Below are positions 28,491-38,053 of a stretch of 57,987 nucleotides of DNA, one piece after another. The stretch spans positions 1 through 57,987 of the forward strand of contig CAZQAA010000211.1 in assembly GCA_964591255.1 (NCBI GenBank). The letters are read 5' to 3'. This DNA is from an uncultured Desulfobacterales bacterium. Its GTDB lineage: Bacteria; Desulfobacterota; DSM-4660; Desulfatiglandales; Desulfatiglandaceae. Within the stretch, counting starts at the first letter, position 1. Each line of letters opens with the position of its first letter. A program made the translations under genes and the position numbers. A model generated the notes under the pieces. The model did no database searches. It saw nothing but the letters and a program-made list of their open reading frames with translations, and had not been told where the DNA came from.

Positions 28491-29120
28491 ATGGAAAACA
28501 GAGCAAGACCCTTGTTTTTGATTGCAGTTATTACTGAATTATTCCTTCTTGCGTCTTGGTCAATGGTCCTTGCCCAGGAGCCGAAAAAGATGCTTAGCAT
28601 CGAAGCGTATGATATGCTTAATACCGTTCCAGACACATATCTGATTGACGTCAGGACAAGGGCTGAATACCAGTTTGTGGGCCATCCCGTTAATGCCTAT
28701 CTGTTCCCTTACATGTTTATGAGTAATGATTTCACATTAATAGATGAAAAGTTTGTCTATAGGTTTGATTTTAAAAATGATGCGTTTATCGGGGAAATAA
28801 ACAAGGTATTCAAGAAAACCGATAATCTGCTCATTATTTCCCGCGACGGTACCCGAAGTGCCCTTGCTGCTCTCGACCTTGTAAATGCCGGTTTTAAAAA
28901 TGTGTACGATGTGGAAGATGGTTTTGAAGGGCGATTATTTCCATCATTTAAGGATAGAAACAAAGACAAATTCTATAGGCAACTGGCAAAAAGGAATAAC
29001 GTCTACGGTCTTAACCAAAGACGTCACTATGGATGGCAGTGGTGGGGTCTGCCATGGACTTATGAAATGGATTCTAAATTCATATATCCCCCTGATCTTA
29101 GACAATGCAAGAAAGAATAA
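28491..29120 (+). CDS. Exported rhodanese-homology-domain protein lacking the catalytic cysteine
   Basis: A signal peptide is present (LFLLASWSMVLAQE). The rhodanese layout reads YLIDVRTRAEY..GH...A...., then the loop LLIISRDGTRSALAA where active enzymes have C-x-x-G-x-R-S/T. Confidence 0.6.
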   Translation: MENRARPLFLIAVITELFLLASWSMVLAQEPKKMLSIEAYDMLNTVPDTYLIDVRTRAEYQFVGHPVNAYLFPYMFMSNDFTLIDEKFVYRFDFKNDAFIGEINKVFKKTDNLLIISRDGTRSALAALDLVNAGFKNVYDVEDGFEGRLFPSFKDRNKDKFYRQLAKRNNVYGLNQRRHYGWQWWGLPWTYEMDSKFIYPPDLRQCKKE

Positions 29121-29131
29121 GGAGGCTCGCT

Positions 29132-29320
29132 ATGGAATCTGATGAATTGGTTTTGCTTATGAAACAGGTGGAAGAGAAAGGCATAGACTGGCAAACGGTT
29201 GAGGAAAAGACAAAGGTTTCACATGACCTTTTGAATCTTTATGCCAAATCCGGTCCGGTGCCGGTTACGCTTATAAACAGTTTGAAGACTCTTCTGGAAG
29301 AACCTTCCACGAACAGTTGA
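29132..29320 (+). CDS. Small hypothetical protein (62 aa)
   Basis: The ATG at 29132 is preceded by TAAGGAGG (29117-29124). It is helical and acidic, and I recognise no family. Confidence 0.35.
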   Translation: MESDELVLLMKQVEEKGIDWQTVEEKTKVSHDLLNLYAKSGPVPVTLINSLKTLLEEPSTNS

Positions 29321-29569
29321 CAAGCAGTTTCTTGTCATCAATCGTCCACTCTTAAATTTCGCTCGGAACTGGTGCTAGACCCTTCGATGTGAGTAAAGAT
29401 GTTATTGGGGGTCTTTGATCTTATACCTCAAATGGAAAAATAAGACCTGGTTTTTTAATAGAAGAGATTGATATAGTGCGTTATTATAAACCATTCTCAT
29501 GCTGTCGGGTCGGAAAACACTATTGCCTGTTTCAAAAATATAATTTGTTACGAAAGGAGTGAGGAGAGT

Positions 29570-29893
29570 ATGTCTGAATTATTACATGTAACGGATGAAA
29601 ACTTTGATGAAGAGATTATCAATTCCGATATTCCTGTGATGGTGGATTTTTGGGCGGAGTGGTGTGGTCCATGCAGGATGGTAGGTCCTGTGGTGGAAGA
29701 ACTGGCCGAGGAATTCGAGGGTAAGATAAAGGTTGCCAAGATGAATGTGGATGAAAGCCGTCAGACTCCTGCCAGATTCGGCATCAGGAATATTCCCACA
29801 CTGATCTTGTTCAAAGGTGGCGAAGTGGTACAGACAATTATTGGTGCCCAACCAAAAAGTTATCTTGAAGAGGCACTGAATAAGTTGTTGTAA
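29570..29893 (+). CDS. trxA: Thioredoxin
   Basis: It has the WCGPC active site (DFWAEWCGPCRM), is 107 aa and has a strong RBS (AAGGAGTGAGGAG). Confidence 0.95.
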   Translation: MSELLHVTDENFDEEIINSDIPVMVDFWAEWCGPCRMVGPVVEELAEEFEGKIKVAKMNVDESRQTPARFGIRNIPTLILFKGGEVVQTIIGAQPKSYLEEALNKLL

Positions 29894-29916
29894 TTTTTAG
29901 CTGTTGAGATAGGGCT

Positions 29917-30855
29917 TTGACCAGAAATGAAAAAAACTCTGTAGAGGACCTTGTTATTATTGGTGCCGGTCCTGCAGGTCTAACTGCAGGGCTTTATGCC
30001 GCAAGGGCGCGTCTCCGCACACTTATTATTGAAAACATGGTGCCTGGAGGACAGGTCTTGCTTACTGATCGGGTCGAAAACTATCCCGGATTTCCTGAAG
30101 GAATTTCCGGATTTGATCTAATAGACAGGATGAAACGGCAGGCCGAAGACTTTGGGACAACTATTATAAACCAGAAAGTCAGCAACTTGGACCTTGCCTC
30201 GGAGAAAAAAGTCGTCTTAACCGATAAGGGCCGTATAGAGTCAAGGGCATTGATCCTCGCGTGTGGTGCCACATCGAGAAAGCTCGGAATAGATGGAGAG
30301 CAGATTTTGACCGGCAAGGGAGTTTCCTACTGTGCCACATGTGATGGTCCGTTTTATAGAGATCAGGTGGTGGCTGTGGTGGGCGGTGGCGATACTGCCG
30401 TACAGGAGGCTATTTTTCTGACCAAGTTTGCCAGCAAGGTCTATCTCATACACCGCAGGGATGAGTTGAGAGCGGTCAAACTGCTCCAGGACAGGGCCAT
30501 GCATGAGAGAAAAATAGAGTGTGTATGGAATACCGTACCTGTGAAAATAGAAGGGGAGACCGGTGTGGAGAGTCTGGCTGTAAAAAATGTCATAACTGGC
30601 GAAGTGAATTATCTCCCGGTACAGGGTGTATTTGTCTTTATAGGTTTTGTCCCCAATAACGATTTGGTTAAAGGAATGCTGGACCTTGATGAAAAAGGTT
30701 TTGTACTGACAGATGAAAAGATGGAAACATCGGTACCCGGAGTATTTGCCGCCGGAGATGTAAGGTCAAAACTCCTTCGACAGATATCGACTGCCGTGGG
30801 TGACGGAGCCACTGCGGCCTTTGCGGCTGAAAAATATCTTGAAGGATTAAGATAG
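29917..30855 (+). CDS. trxB: Thioredoxin-disulfide reductase
   Basis: The motifs are GAGPAG (FAD), the redox centre CATCDG, GGGDTA (NADPH) and the C-terminal GD. The TTG start is taken from the ORF track. Confidence 0.9.
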   Translation: MTRNEKNSVEDLVIIGAGPAGLTAGLYAARARLRTLIIENMVPGGQVLLTDRVENYPGFPEGISGFDLIDRMKRQAEDFGTTIINQKVSNLDLASEKKVVLTDKGRIESRALILACGATSRKLGIDGEQILTGKGVSYCATCDGPFYRDQVVAVVGGGDTAVQEAIFLTKFASKVYLIHRRDELRAVKLLQDRAMHERKIECVWNTVPVKIEGETGVESLAVKNVITGEVNYLPVQGVFVFIGFVPNNDLVKGMLDLDEKGFVLTDEKMETSVPGVFAAGDVRSKLLRQISTAVGDGATAAFAAEKYLEGLR

Positions 30856-31664
30856 TGAATACATATAACCAGTTAGGTGTATTCAAGTTGTTAGGGGGCT
30901 TTATTATTGCCGCCTGTCTCCTTTTTGCCTGCACGCCTCCGCCTGAAAGGATGCGTTCGGAAGAAGAATCAGAACCTGCCCGGCTAATGAAACAGGCCAT
31001 GAAAGATCTTGAGGATGAATACTATGTCGAGGCGGTAGAAATCTTTCAGAAAATAAAAGACAGATATCCATATAGCAAATTTGTTATTCCTGCAGAGCTC
31101 AAGATGGCAGATGCCTTTTATATGAGGGGGCGGTATGACGAGGCGTATGAGGCCTACAGGGAGTTTGAAAGGCTGCATCCCAGGAACAAGAATATCCCCT
31201 ATGTGATTTATCAAAAAGGGATGTGCCATTATAGCAGAGTTGATACGGTTGATAGAGACCAATACCATACCTTTTTGGCAAAGGAAGAATTTGAGCGGCT
31301 GGTCAAGAGATTCCCGAATTCCGAATATGCCAAAAAGGTCTTCTGGAATATAAGAAGATGTTACGTGAATCTTGCAGAAAACGAGTTGTATGTGGGCAAT
31401 TTTTATTTTAACAGGGGAAAATATCGGGCGGCCATGGCCAGATATCGATATCTGCTAAGGAATTATCCTGACCTTGGCCAATACCACGATGCTATAGAGT
31501 ATCTGGGCAGGTGTGAGGTAATACTTGCCCAAAAAGGGGTTGAATCCCATCTTGCAAAGGCTGAATTGCTCCAAGAAGAAGAGTCGCATATCTGTCACCC
31601 GTGCGAGCGCATCAGACATGGAAGGCCAAAGGCATTGGAAAGAGAAATAGACGAATCTCCTTAA
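30855..31664 (+). CDS. bamD: Outer-membrane protein assembly factor BamD (YfiO), TPR lipoprotein
   Basis: A lipobox is present (LLFAC/TPP). The TPR-like repeats include the BamD-typical YPYSKF...A.L..A...Y....Y..A...Y..F...YP. The GTG start overlaps the trxB stop by 1 nt. Confidence 0.75.
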   Translation: MNTYNQLGVFKLLGGFIIAACLLFACTPPPERMRSEEESEPARLMKQAMKDLEDEYYVEAVEIFQKIKDRYPYSKFVIPAELKMADAFYMRGRYDEAYEAYREFERLHPRNKNIPYVIYQKGMCHYSRVDTVDRDQYHTFLAKEEFERLVKRFPNSEYAKKVFWNIRRCYVNLAENELYVGNFYFNRGKYRAAMARYRYLLRNYPDLGQYHDAIEYLGRCEVILAQKGVESHLAKAELLQEEESHICHPCERIRHGRPKALEREIDESP

Positions 31665-34306
31665 ATATCGGTATCTTCCACAAATTCATATAAGGAATAT
31701 AGGGCATCTTTCAGTTTTTCGGGTCTGTTTCCACCGCCTTGAGCCATATCAGCTCTGCCTCCTCCCCTTCCGCCAACCACATGTGCCGCCCTTTTTATGA
31801 TATCTCCCGCCTTGAATTTTTCCGTCAGGTCTTGTGTAACAACACTCACCAACATAACCTTGTCTTCTTTTTTGGCACCGAGGAGTATAATGCATGAACC
31901 CAGCTTGTCCTTTATCCGGTCGGCGGCCTCTCGAAGGTCACTAGGAGACTCTGCGGTTGTTTCCATAGCCAATACCTTTATCCCGTTTATCTCCTTGACA
32001 GCGGATATAAGGTCTTCCGATTTTTTTGTGAGCAACTTGGCCTTCAGGGATTCAATCTCTCTTTCAATCTTTCTGTAATCTTTTAGTATATGCTTAATAC
32101 GTTCTCCCACTTTGTCCGAAGCAACTTTTAAGAGTAATGCAGCCAGTTTTAGTTCACTGTCCTGTTTTAAGGTAAACTTGATAGCGGCCTCGCCGGTTAC
32201 GGCTTCAATCCTCCGTACATTTGCGGCTACTGCGTTCTCATTTACAATGCGAAACAGCCCGATATCCCCGGTACGGGCGGTATGGGTACCTCCGCATAAT
32301 TCCATACTAACACCATCACCTATTTTAACAAGCCTCACGATTTCACCATATCGTTCTTCAAATATGGCCATGGCACCGGTCTTCATAGCTTTTTCCTTGG
32401 TCATTTCTTCAATAATTACCGGCAGATTTTCCCTGATAAGCCTGTTTATCATAATTTCAATTTCTTCCAGGGTTTCCCTTGAGACCTGGGTAAAGTGGCT
32501 GAAATCAAAGCGTATCCTGTCATAAGAAACCAAAGATCCAGCCTGTTTAACATGCTGACCCAGAACTTCCCGCAGGACGGCATGGAGCAGATGAGTTGCG
32601 GTATGGTTTAATTCTGTGGCCTTTCTCCTGTCCTTATCTACTATCGCCTCTACTTTGTCGCCAAAAGAAAGGACTCCCGATTCCATCTGTCCGTTGTGGA
32701 CAACAAACCCATGGCCGAATTTCAGCGTATCCGTCACCCTGAACTTTGTTTCTCCATCCATAAGCCAGCCGGTATCTCCTGTCTGTCCGCCTGATTTACC
32801 ATAAAACGGGGTCTGGTCTAGCACCACTTCTGCCTGTACTCCTGTCTGAAGCGAGGAGGTCTCCTTCCCGTCAACCAGCAGAGCGACAATTTTTGCTGTG
32901 GAAGAGAGGTTATGGTAACCAATAAAATGCGTAGTAACACCACGGTCCATCAATGATCGGTAAATATCTGGAATTTCCGCCTCACCGCTACCCTTCCATG
33001 ATTTTTGTGATATAGCCTTTTGCTTCGACATGGCCCTTTTATAGCCGGGTATATCGACTTTTAGGCCTTCATCCCGGGCCACATCCTGAACAATATCAAG
33101 AGACAGGCCATATGTGTCATATAGTCTAAAGGCAACATCCCCTGGTATTGTATCGCCCCCTGTGGTTCTTAGCTTTTTCAGCTCTTCCTCAAGCAACGTC
33201 ATGCCATAATGCAAGGTGTCGGCAAATCTCTTCTCTTCATTGTTTACGACACCTTTGATGAAGTGCTCGGATCTGATAAGTTCACTATAATCCTCTCCCA
33301 TAATTTCGACAACTTTGCTTATGACAGAATTTAGAAAAGGACCATCAATCTTAAGGAGTTGGCCGAAGCGTATGGCCCTTCTGATTATTCGCCTCAGCAC
33401 ATAGCCCCTTCCCTCGTTAGACGGTATTATCCCGTCGCCAATTAAGAAGGTTAAGGCACGGGCATGGTCCGATATAACTCGAAAGGCCACATCCTCTCTC
33501 TCATTATTGCCATATTTTTTGCCGGAAAGTTCCTCTATCAGGGCAATAAGACCCTTAAAAATGTCGGTATCATAATTGGATGTGACGCCCTGTACTACGG
33601 CAGTCAATCTTTCAAGGCCCATGCCCGTATCAATATTTGGATTTGGAAGGGGAATCAGTTTTCCGTCCAGGTCTCTATTGAACTGGGTAAAAACCAGATT
33701 CCATATTTCCAGATAACGATCGCAATCGCATCCCGGCGCACAATCCTGCCTGCCACACCCGACGGCCGGGCCCTGATCAATCAGGATCTCCGAACAGGGC
33801 CCGCATGGTCCGGTGTCCCCCATGGCCCAAAAGTTATCCTTTTCTCCCAGGCGAATTATTCTGTCTCTATGTAGTCCAATTTTATCCTCCCAGATTCTGT
33901 AGGCCTCGTCATCATCTTCATAGACAGAGGCATATAACTTATCCTTTGGAAGCTTGTATATCTCGGTGAGCAATTCCCATGCCCATATGATGGCTTCTTC
34001 CTTGAAATAATCGCCAAAGGAAAAATTCCCAAGCATTTCAAAAAAGGTGTGGTGTCTGAGTGTATACCCTACATTTTCAAGATCATTGTGTTTTCCTCCA
34101 GCCCGCATGCATTTCTGAGAACTTACGGCCCTGGTATAAGGCCGCTTACCCCTTCCCAGAAAGATACTTTTGAACTGGACCATACCGGCATTTGTAAAAA
34201 GCAGGCTGGGATCGTCTTGCGGGATCAGAGAGGAGCTTTCCACGATCTCATGGCCATGGGTCTTGAAGTATTGCAAAAATGTCCGTTTTATTTCCCTGGA
34301 ATTCAT
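31661..34306 (-). CDS. alaS: Alanine--tRNA ligase
   Basis: The protein is 881 aa. The motifs are FTNAGM.QFK, HHTFFEMLGNFSFGDYFK, the editing-domain HTATHLLH...CGGTH, and a C-terminal DHHA1 domain. Confidence 0.95.
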   Translation of the reverse strand: MNSREIKRTFLQYFKTHGHEIVESSSLIPQDDPSLLFTNAGMVQFKSIFLGRGKRPYTRAVSSQKCMRAGGKHNDLENVGYTLRHHTFFEMLGNFSFGDYFKEEAIIWAWELLTEIYKLPKDKLYASVYEDDDEAYRIWEDKIGLHRDRIIRLGEKDNFWAMGDTGPCGPCSEILIDQGPAVGCGRQDCAPGCDCDRYLEIWNLVFTQFNRDLDGKLIPLPNPNIDTGMGLERLTAVVQGVTSNYDTDIFKGLIALIEELSGKKYGNNEREDVAFRVISDHARALTFLIGDGIIPSNEGRGYVLRRIIRRAIRFGQLLKIDGPFLNSVISKVVEIMGEDYSELIRSEHFIKGVVNNEEKRFADTLHYGMTLLEEELKKLRTTGGDTIPGDVAFRLYDTYGLSLDIVQDVARDEGLKVDIPGYKRAMSKQKAISQKSWKGSGEAEIPDIYRSLMDRGVTTHFIGYHNLSSTAKIVALLVDGKETSSLQTGVQAEVVLDQTPFYGKSGGQTGDTGWLMDGETKFRVTDTLKFGHGFVVHNGQMESGVLSFGDKVEAIVDKDRRKATELNHTATHLLHAVLREVLGQHVKQAGSLVSYDRIRFDFSHFTQVSRETLEEIEIMINRLIRENLPVIIEEMTKEKAMKTGAMAIFEERYGEIVRLVKIGDGVSMELCGGTHTARTGDIGLFRIVNENAVAANVRRIEAVTGEAAIKFTLKQDSELKLAALLLKVASDKVGERIKHILKDYRKIEREIESLKAKLLTKKSEDLISAVKEINGIKVLAMETTAESPSDLREAADRIKDKLGSCIILLGAKKEDKVMLVSVVTQDLTEKFKAGDIIKRAAHVVGGRGGGRADMAQGGGNRPEKLKDALYSLYEFVEDTDI

Positions 34307-34324
34307 AGTGGCTATAACCTGCTG

Positions 34325-35344
34325 CTACTCGTTTTTTTCTTCCACCCGTTTGAGTCCTGATTTTTCCATAACCATAGCTGTTATCTTTTCCATAATATCT
34401 TCATGCTCAGCCAGAAACTTTTTTACATTCTGTCTTCCCTGGCCGATCCTATCGTTTCCAAAAGAATACCATGTCCCGCTCTTTTCCACTATCCCGAATG
34501 ATACGGCCAGGTCCAAAAGATCTCCTTCTTTGGATATCCCATGGCCATAGATGATATCAAATTCGGCCTCTTTAAACGGGGGGGCGATCTTGTTCTTGAC
34601 AATCTTCACTCTTGTCCTGTTCCCTACCATTTGATCTCCTTCCTTAATGGCCCCTATCCGGCGAATATCCAATCGCAGCGTAGAATAAAACTTGAGGGCA
34701 TTGCCACCTGTGGTCGTCTCCGGATTTCCGAACATGACTCCAATCTTCATCCTGATCTGGTTGATGAATATAACGCATGTCCTGGATTTATTGATGGTCG
34801 CAGTAAGTTTTCTCAGTGCCTGTGACATTAGCCTGGCCTGGAGCCCTACATGTTGGTCTCCCATGTCGCCTTCGATCTCGGCCCTCGGTACAAGTGCAGC
34901 AACGGAATCTATTACCAGCACATCTATGGCACCACTTCTGACAAGAATTTCGGCAATGTCCAATGCCTGTTCACCCGTATCGGGCTGAGAAACGAGGAGG
35001 CTGTCCACATCCACTCCAAGTTTCTTGGCATAACTGATGTCGAGGGCGTGTTCGGCATCGATAAAGGCAACCATCCCATCCTTTTTCTGGGCTTCAGCGG
35101 CTATATGAAGGGCAAGCGTGGTCTTTCCGGAGGATTCGGGACCAAATATCTCCACCACTCGTCCCCTTGGAACTCCTCCTACCCCCAAGGCGATATCCAG
35201 GGCAAGGGAGCCGGTGGGGATGGCAGGGACGTCAATTACGCGTTCTTCCCCCATTTTCATAATGGATCCCCGACCGAATTGCCTTTCGATCTGGGAAATG
35301 GCCTGGTCTACGGCTTTATCTCTATCCATGGATTTTCCTCCCAA
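34325..35344 (-). CDS. recA: Recombinase A
   Basis: It reads [32 protein letters not shown]...FIDAEHALD...[25 protein letters not shown]. Confidence 0.97.
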   Translation of the reverse strand: MGGKSMDRDKAVDQAISQIERQFGRGSIMKMGEERVIDVPAIPTGSLALDIALGVGGVPRGRVVEIFGPESSGKTTLALHIAAEAQKKDGMVAFIDAEHALDISYAKKLGVDVDSLLVSQPDTGEQALDIAEILVRSGAIDVLVIDSVAALVPRAEIEGDMGDQHVGLQARLMSQALRKLTATINKSRTCVIFINQIRMKIGVMFGNPETTTGGNALKFYSTLRLDIRRIGAIKEGDQMVGNRTRVKIVKNKIAPPFKEAEFDIIYGHGISKEGDLLDLAVSFGIVEKSGTWYSFGNDRIGQGRQNVKKFLAEHEDIMEKITAMVMEKSGLKRVEEKNE

Positions 35345-35376
35345 ATAAGGATGTTATAAAAATTCAGGGTTGTGAT

Positions 35377-35406
35377 ATAATAGCGATCCAAAGAGAGAAT
35401 TGTAAA
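35377..35406 (-). promoter_or_regulatory. Sigma-70 promoter candidate directly upstream of recA
   Basis: On the minus strand: TTTACA (35406-35401), an 18-nt spacer, then TATTAT (35382-35377). It starts immediately after the thpR stop. Confidence 0.35.
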
Positions 35407-35979
35407 TCATTGTCCTATAAGAGGCCACGCGTGGAGCTTGGTGTAGACTGCTCCAGTCTTTTTCAGGTCACTTCTGAACAGGGAAAGTTCCTTTAACATA
35501 GAAACAGGACTGGTAATTTTTTTATATCTCTCCAGAATATCCGCCAAGTTGTTGTTTCTGCCACGCCCTGTTGGAAACCTCCCAAGAGTAAGGTGTGGTT
35601 TGAACGGTCTTTTTTCCTCTTTGATGCCGAACGGTATTAGTGCTTTCTGTAAATCATCCCTGAAATATGACATTCTCTCAGTATCACCATTTAGCCCTAA
35701 CCACAGGACCCGTGGATTATGCCTTTTTCCGAAGATATCGGCCCCGGTTAGGGCTATACGGAACGGAGCATAATTTCTGCATATTTTTTCAGATACCTTG
35801 CTTATGGGTATAATATCTTCTTCCTTTATGTTTCCCATAAATACCACAGTAAGATGGATATTTTCCACCTTTACCCAGCGTATATCCAGAGAGAGTCTCT
35901 TTATTTCGAGAACAACGCGGAAAATAATTTCCCTGATATCTTCTGTCAGTTCAAATGCTAAGAAGGAACGAATCCCCAT
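35407..35979 (-). CDS. thpR: RNA 2',3'-cyclic phosphodiesterase (2H family, ThpR/LigT)
   Basis: Two H-x-T/S-x motifs are present: HLTVVFMG and HLTLGRF. It is 190 aa. Confidence 0.8.
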   Translation of the reverse strand: MGIRSFLAFELTEDIREIIFRVVLEIKRLSLDIRWVKVENIHLTVVFMGNIKEEDIIPISKVSEKICRNYAPFRIALTGADIFGKRHNPRVLWLGLNGDTERMSYFRDDLQKALIPFGIKEEKRPFKPHLTLGRFPTGRGRNNNLADILERYKKITSPVSMLKELSLFRSDLKKTGAVYTKLHAWPLIGQ

Positions 35980-37213
35980 TAAGGTACCTTCTGATCCAGT
36001 CCAGGGCCATCATTGATGCATTTAATCTTATCTTGTTTCTGTTTCCCCGAAATAGATATCTGCAAGAGACCAGCTCATCGCTTGAGGAAAGACCGATATA
36101 GACAGTCCCAACCGGTTTGTCGTGGCTTCCACCATCAGGGCCGGCTATACCTGTTACGGCTAGTCCCAAGTCCGTTTCCATATTCTTCCTTATACCATGA
36201 GCCATTTCCTTAACCGTTTTGTCGCTTACGGCCCCATGGTTTTTAAGTGTATCGGGATGAACGTCTAAAAGGGAAATCTTGGAGCGGTTGCTGTATACTA
36301 CAGCACCACCCTGAAAATATCCCGAACTCCCGGGAACCTTAGTCAAACGGTATCCTATAAGCCCGCCGGTACACGATTCGGCTACGGAGATGGTTAGATT
36401 TCTGGACAAAAGTATGGCACCTACTACATCTTCTATCTCAGCGTTTCCACTACAAAATATATATGGTCCCAGGAGATCCCTTATCTCGGATTCAATTTTC
36501 TCTAGTTCCTTTTCAACTTCTGTCTCATCACTCTTGCTCAGTGTAAGTGTGATGTGGTTTTCAGGAAAGTGGGGATAAAAACCCAGTATAACATCCCCTG
36601 TCTTTCCAGCCAGACTTTTCAATGTTTCTGCAATTTGAGGTTCGCTTAATCCATACAGCTTCAGAATTCTTTGCCTGACAAAGGGTAATTTTTCGTATAA
36701 ACCTATGATTTCTGGCAGCACGAACCGATCCATAAGATATTGCATCTGATCCGGCACCCCTGGAAGAAAGTAGAATAAAACATCATTTTTTTCCAGGGAA
36801 AATCCACATGCCTCACCATCAGGGTCTAATATTCTTGAACCTTCAGGCATCCATGCCATCTTTTCAAGGGAGGCGGTCATTTTCATGTTCATGGATTGGG
36901 CGCGATTCTTGATATGTTCAAGAATTTTTCTGTGCAGGGTTAGAGGTCTTTCCAGTGCTTTTGCCACGATCTCATTTGTTATATCATCTTCAGTTGAACC
37001 AAGACCTCCTGTTACAATCACAACGCGTGAATCCTGCAGGGCATTTTTCAGGGCCTCGGAAACCATTTTATGGTCATCACCGATGGAGGTTATTCTGGTT
37101 ACATTCAGGCCCAGCGCCGTGAGCTTGTCAGCGGCATAACACGAATTCAAATCAAGGGTCTTGCCCGAAATAAGTTCGCTCCCTATGGTAATAATTTCAC
37201 AGGGTGTCTTCAT
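35951..37213 (-). CDS. cinA: CinA: MoCF-binding domain plus nicotinamide-nucleotide amidohydrolase (PncC) domain
   Basis: The N-terminus reads EIITIGSELISGKTLDLN. The C-terminal domain has the canonical SVAESCTGGL...PGSS.YF.GG.V.YSN..K...L.V and TGIAGPDGG..DKPVGTVYIG. I prefer the ATG at 37213 (RBS AAGGAGGGG) over the ORF-track start at 37396. Confidence 0.85.
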   Translation of the reverse strand: MKTPCEIITIGSELISGKTLDLNSCYAADKLTALGLNVTRITSIGDDHKMVSEALKNALQDSRVVIVTGGLGSTEDDITNEIVAKALERPLTLHRKILEHIKNRAQSMNMKMTASLEKMAWMPEGSRILDPDGEACGFSLEKNDVLFYFLPGVPDQMQYLMDRFVLPEIIGLYEKLPFVRQRILKLYGLSEPQIAETLKSLAGKTGDVILGFYPHFPENHITLTLSKSDETEVEKELEKIESEIRDLLGPYIFCSGNAEIEDVVGAILLSRNLTISVAESCTGGLIGYRLTKVPGSSGYFQGGAVVYSNRSKISLLDVHPDTLKNHGAVSDKTVKEMAHGIRKNMETDLGLAVTGIAGPDGGSHDKPVGTVYIGLSSSDELVSCRYLFRGNRNKIRLNASMMALDWIRRYLNGDSFLLSI

Positions 37214-37227
37214 TCTGTTTCCCCTCC

Positions 37228-37716
37228 TTAAAAAAGATTCCACAGATGAAGGGTGATAACAACTCCTGCCCAGGCGTATAGTCCTGCCAGGATATCGTCC
37301 ATTACAATGCCGATTCCTCCATACATGCGTTCGGCCTGTTTTATGGGAAACGGCTTTATGATATCGAATAAGCGGAAAAAGATAAAGCCGAGACAAATGA
37401 CCGACCAGGAAGTCGGCAGAAAAGACACGGCGAGCAGGAAACCTGCAACCTCGTCAATGACAATTGCCGGGGGATCTGGCAGTGTCAACATGGCTTGAGA
37501 ACGATCCGATGCCCAGATAGCGGTTACTATTATTATGGTCAGGCATAATATCCTGGAGATTATGCTGAATTTCCAGCACAGAAGGACAACAGGGATTGCT
37601 GCAATTGTACCGCATGTGCCAGGTGCCACCGGAAAAAGACCGGTGCCGAACCACGTAGACAACACCAGCGCAATTTTTCCGGATAGTGAGGATTTCCGGA
37701 AGACATCCCGTATCAT
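37228..37716 (-). CDS. pgpA: Phosphatidylglycerophosphatase A
   Basis: It reads LSTWFGTGLFPVAPGTCGTIAAIP...IVIDEVAGF....F......L.FI.FR.FDI.KP.PI...E...GG.GI..DD..AG.Y. I chose the start at 37716 (163 aa), but the RBS is poor and a TTG at 37749 is possible. The ORF-track start at 37935 looks non-coding. Confidence 0.75.
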   Translation of the reverse strand: MIRDVFRKSSLSGKIALVLSTWFGTGLFPVAPGTCGTIAAIPVVLLCWKFSIISRILCLTIIIVTAIWASDRSQAMLTLPDPPAIVIDEVAGFLLAVSFLPTSWSVICLGFIFFRLFDIIKPFPIKQAERMYGGIGIVMDDILAGLYAWAGVVITLHLWNLF

Positions 37717-38053
37717 AATTATGTTAGCCAGGTCTTTGTTTGAAAGCAAATAGATGATGCCCTTCCTTGGTTCCAAGTCTCCCGGACCGGTCTTTTCACA
37801 GAATTGTGAGCAGGGGAAACTTGCCTGCTCCGCATTCCTTCTGACAAGCGCAGGGCTGCGGCTTCTCCCACTGAATAAGCCTGGAAAAAACGGCGCCCTC
37901 CCGACAGTTACTGTAGAAAGGGTATCATCATTCACCCGATGAGACAGGAAGTCTTAGAAAGAGCGGAAATGTTACTATATCAATAAACTATCAGACTGAG
38001 ATTTTGATATCAAGCAGGGAATAATTTTTCCGTAGTAAAACCTAATTCTGAAA

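Noticed and set aside
26794-29569. A search for selenoprotein genes or a tRNA-Sec gene near selA, looking for in-frame TGA joining adjacent ORFs, SECIS-like hairpins and selC.
   Set aside because: No pair of same-frame ORFs in the window is separated by a single TGA. The rhodanese loop Ser is encoded by TCC. No tRNA-like sequence (T-loop GGTTCGA-type) is present in the flanking intergenic regions.
35345-35406. A LexA/SOS box upstream of recA. I tested the patterns CTGT-N8-ACAG, GAAC-N4-GTTC and the Geobacter-type GGTT-N2-C-N4-G-N3-ACC, also in 37717-38053.
   Set aside because: I found no match to any of these patterns. GGTTCCAAGTCTCCCGGACC at about 37768 fails at the required C/G positions.
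37214-37396. N-terminal extensions in the longest-ORF calls: cinA to 37396, pgpA to 37935, the DHS-like gene to 26275, uvrB to 22972, ispF to 25036, the CoA-transferases to 56116 and 57335, the ACAD to 54708, and the cinA paralog to 45756.
   Set aside because: The extensions overlap the upstream gene or translate to Arg/Ser/Pro-rich non-homologous sequence. Most of the internal starts I prefer carry a good Shine-Dalgarno sequence (pgpA is the exception), and all restore family-typical protein lengths.
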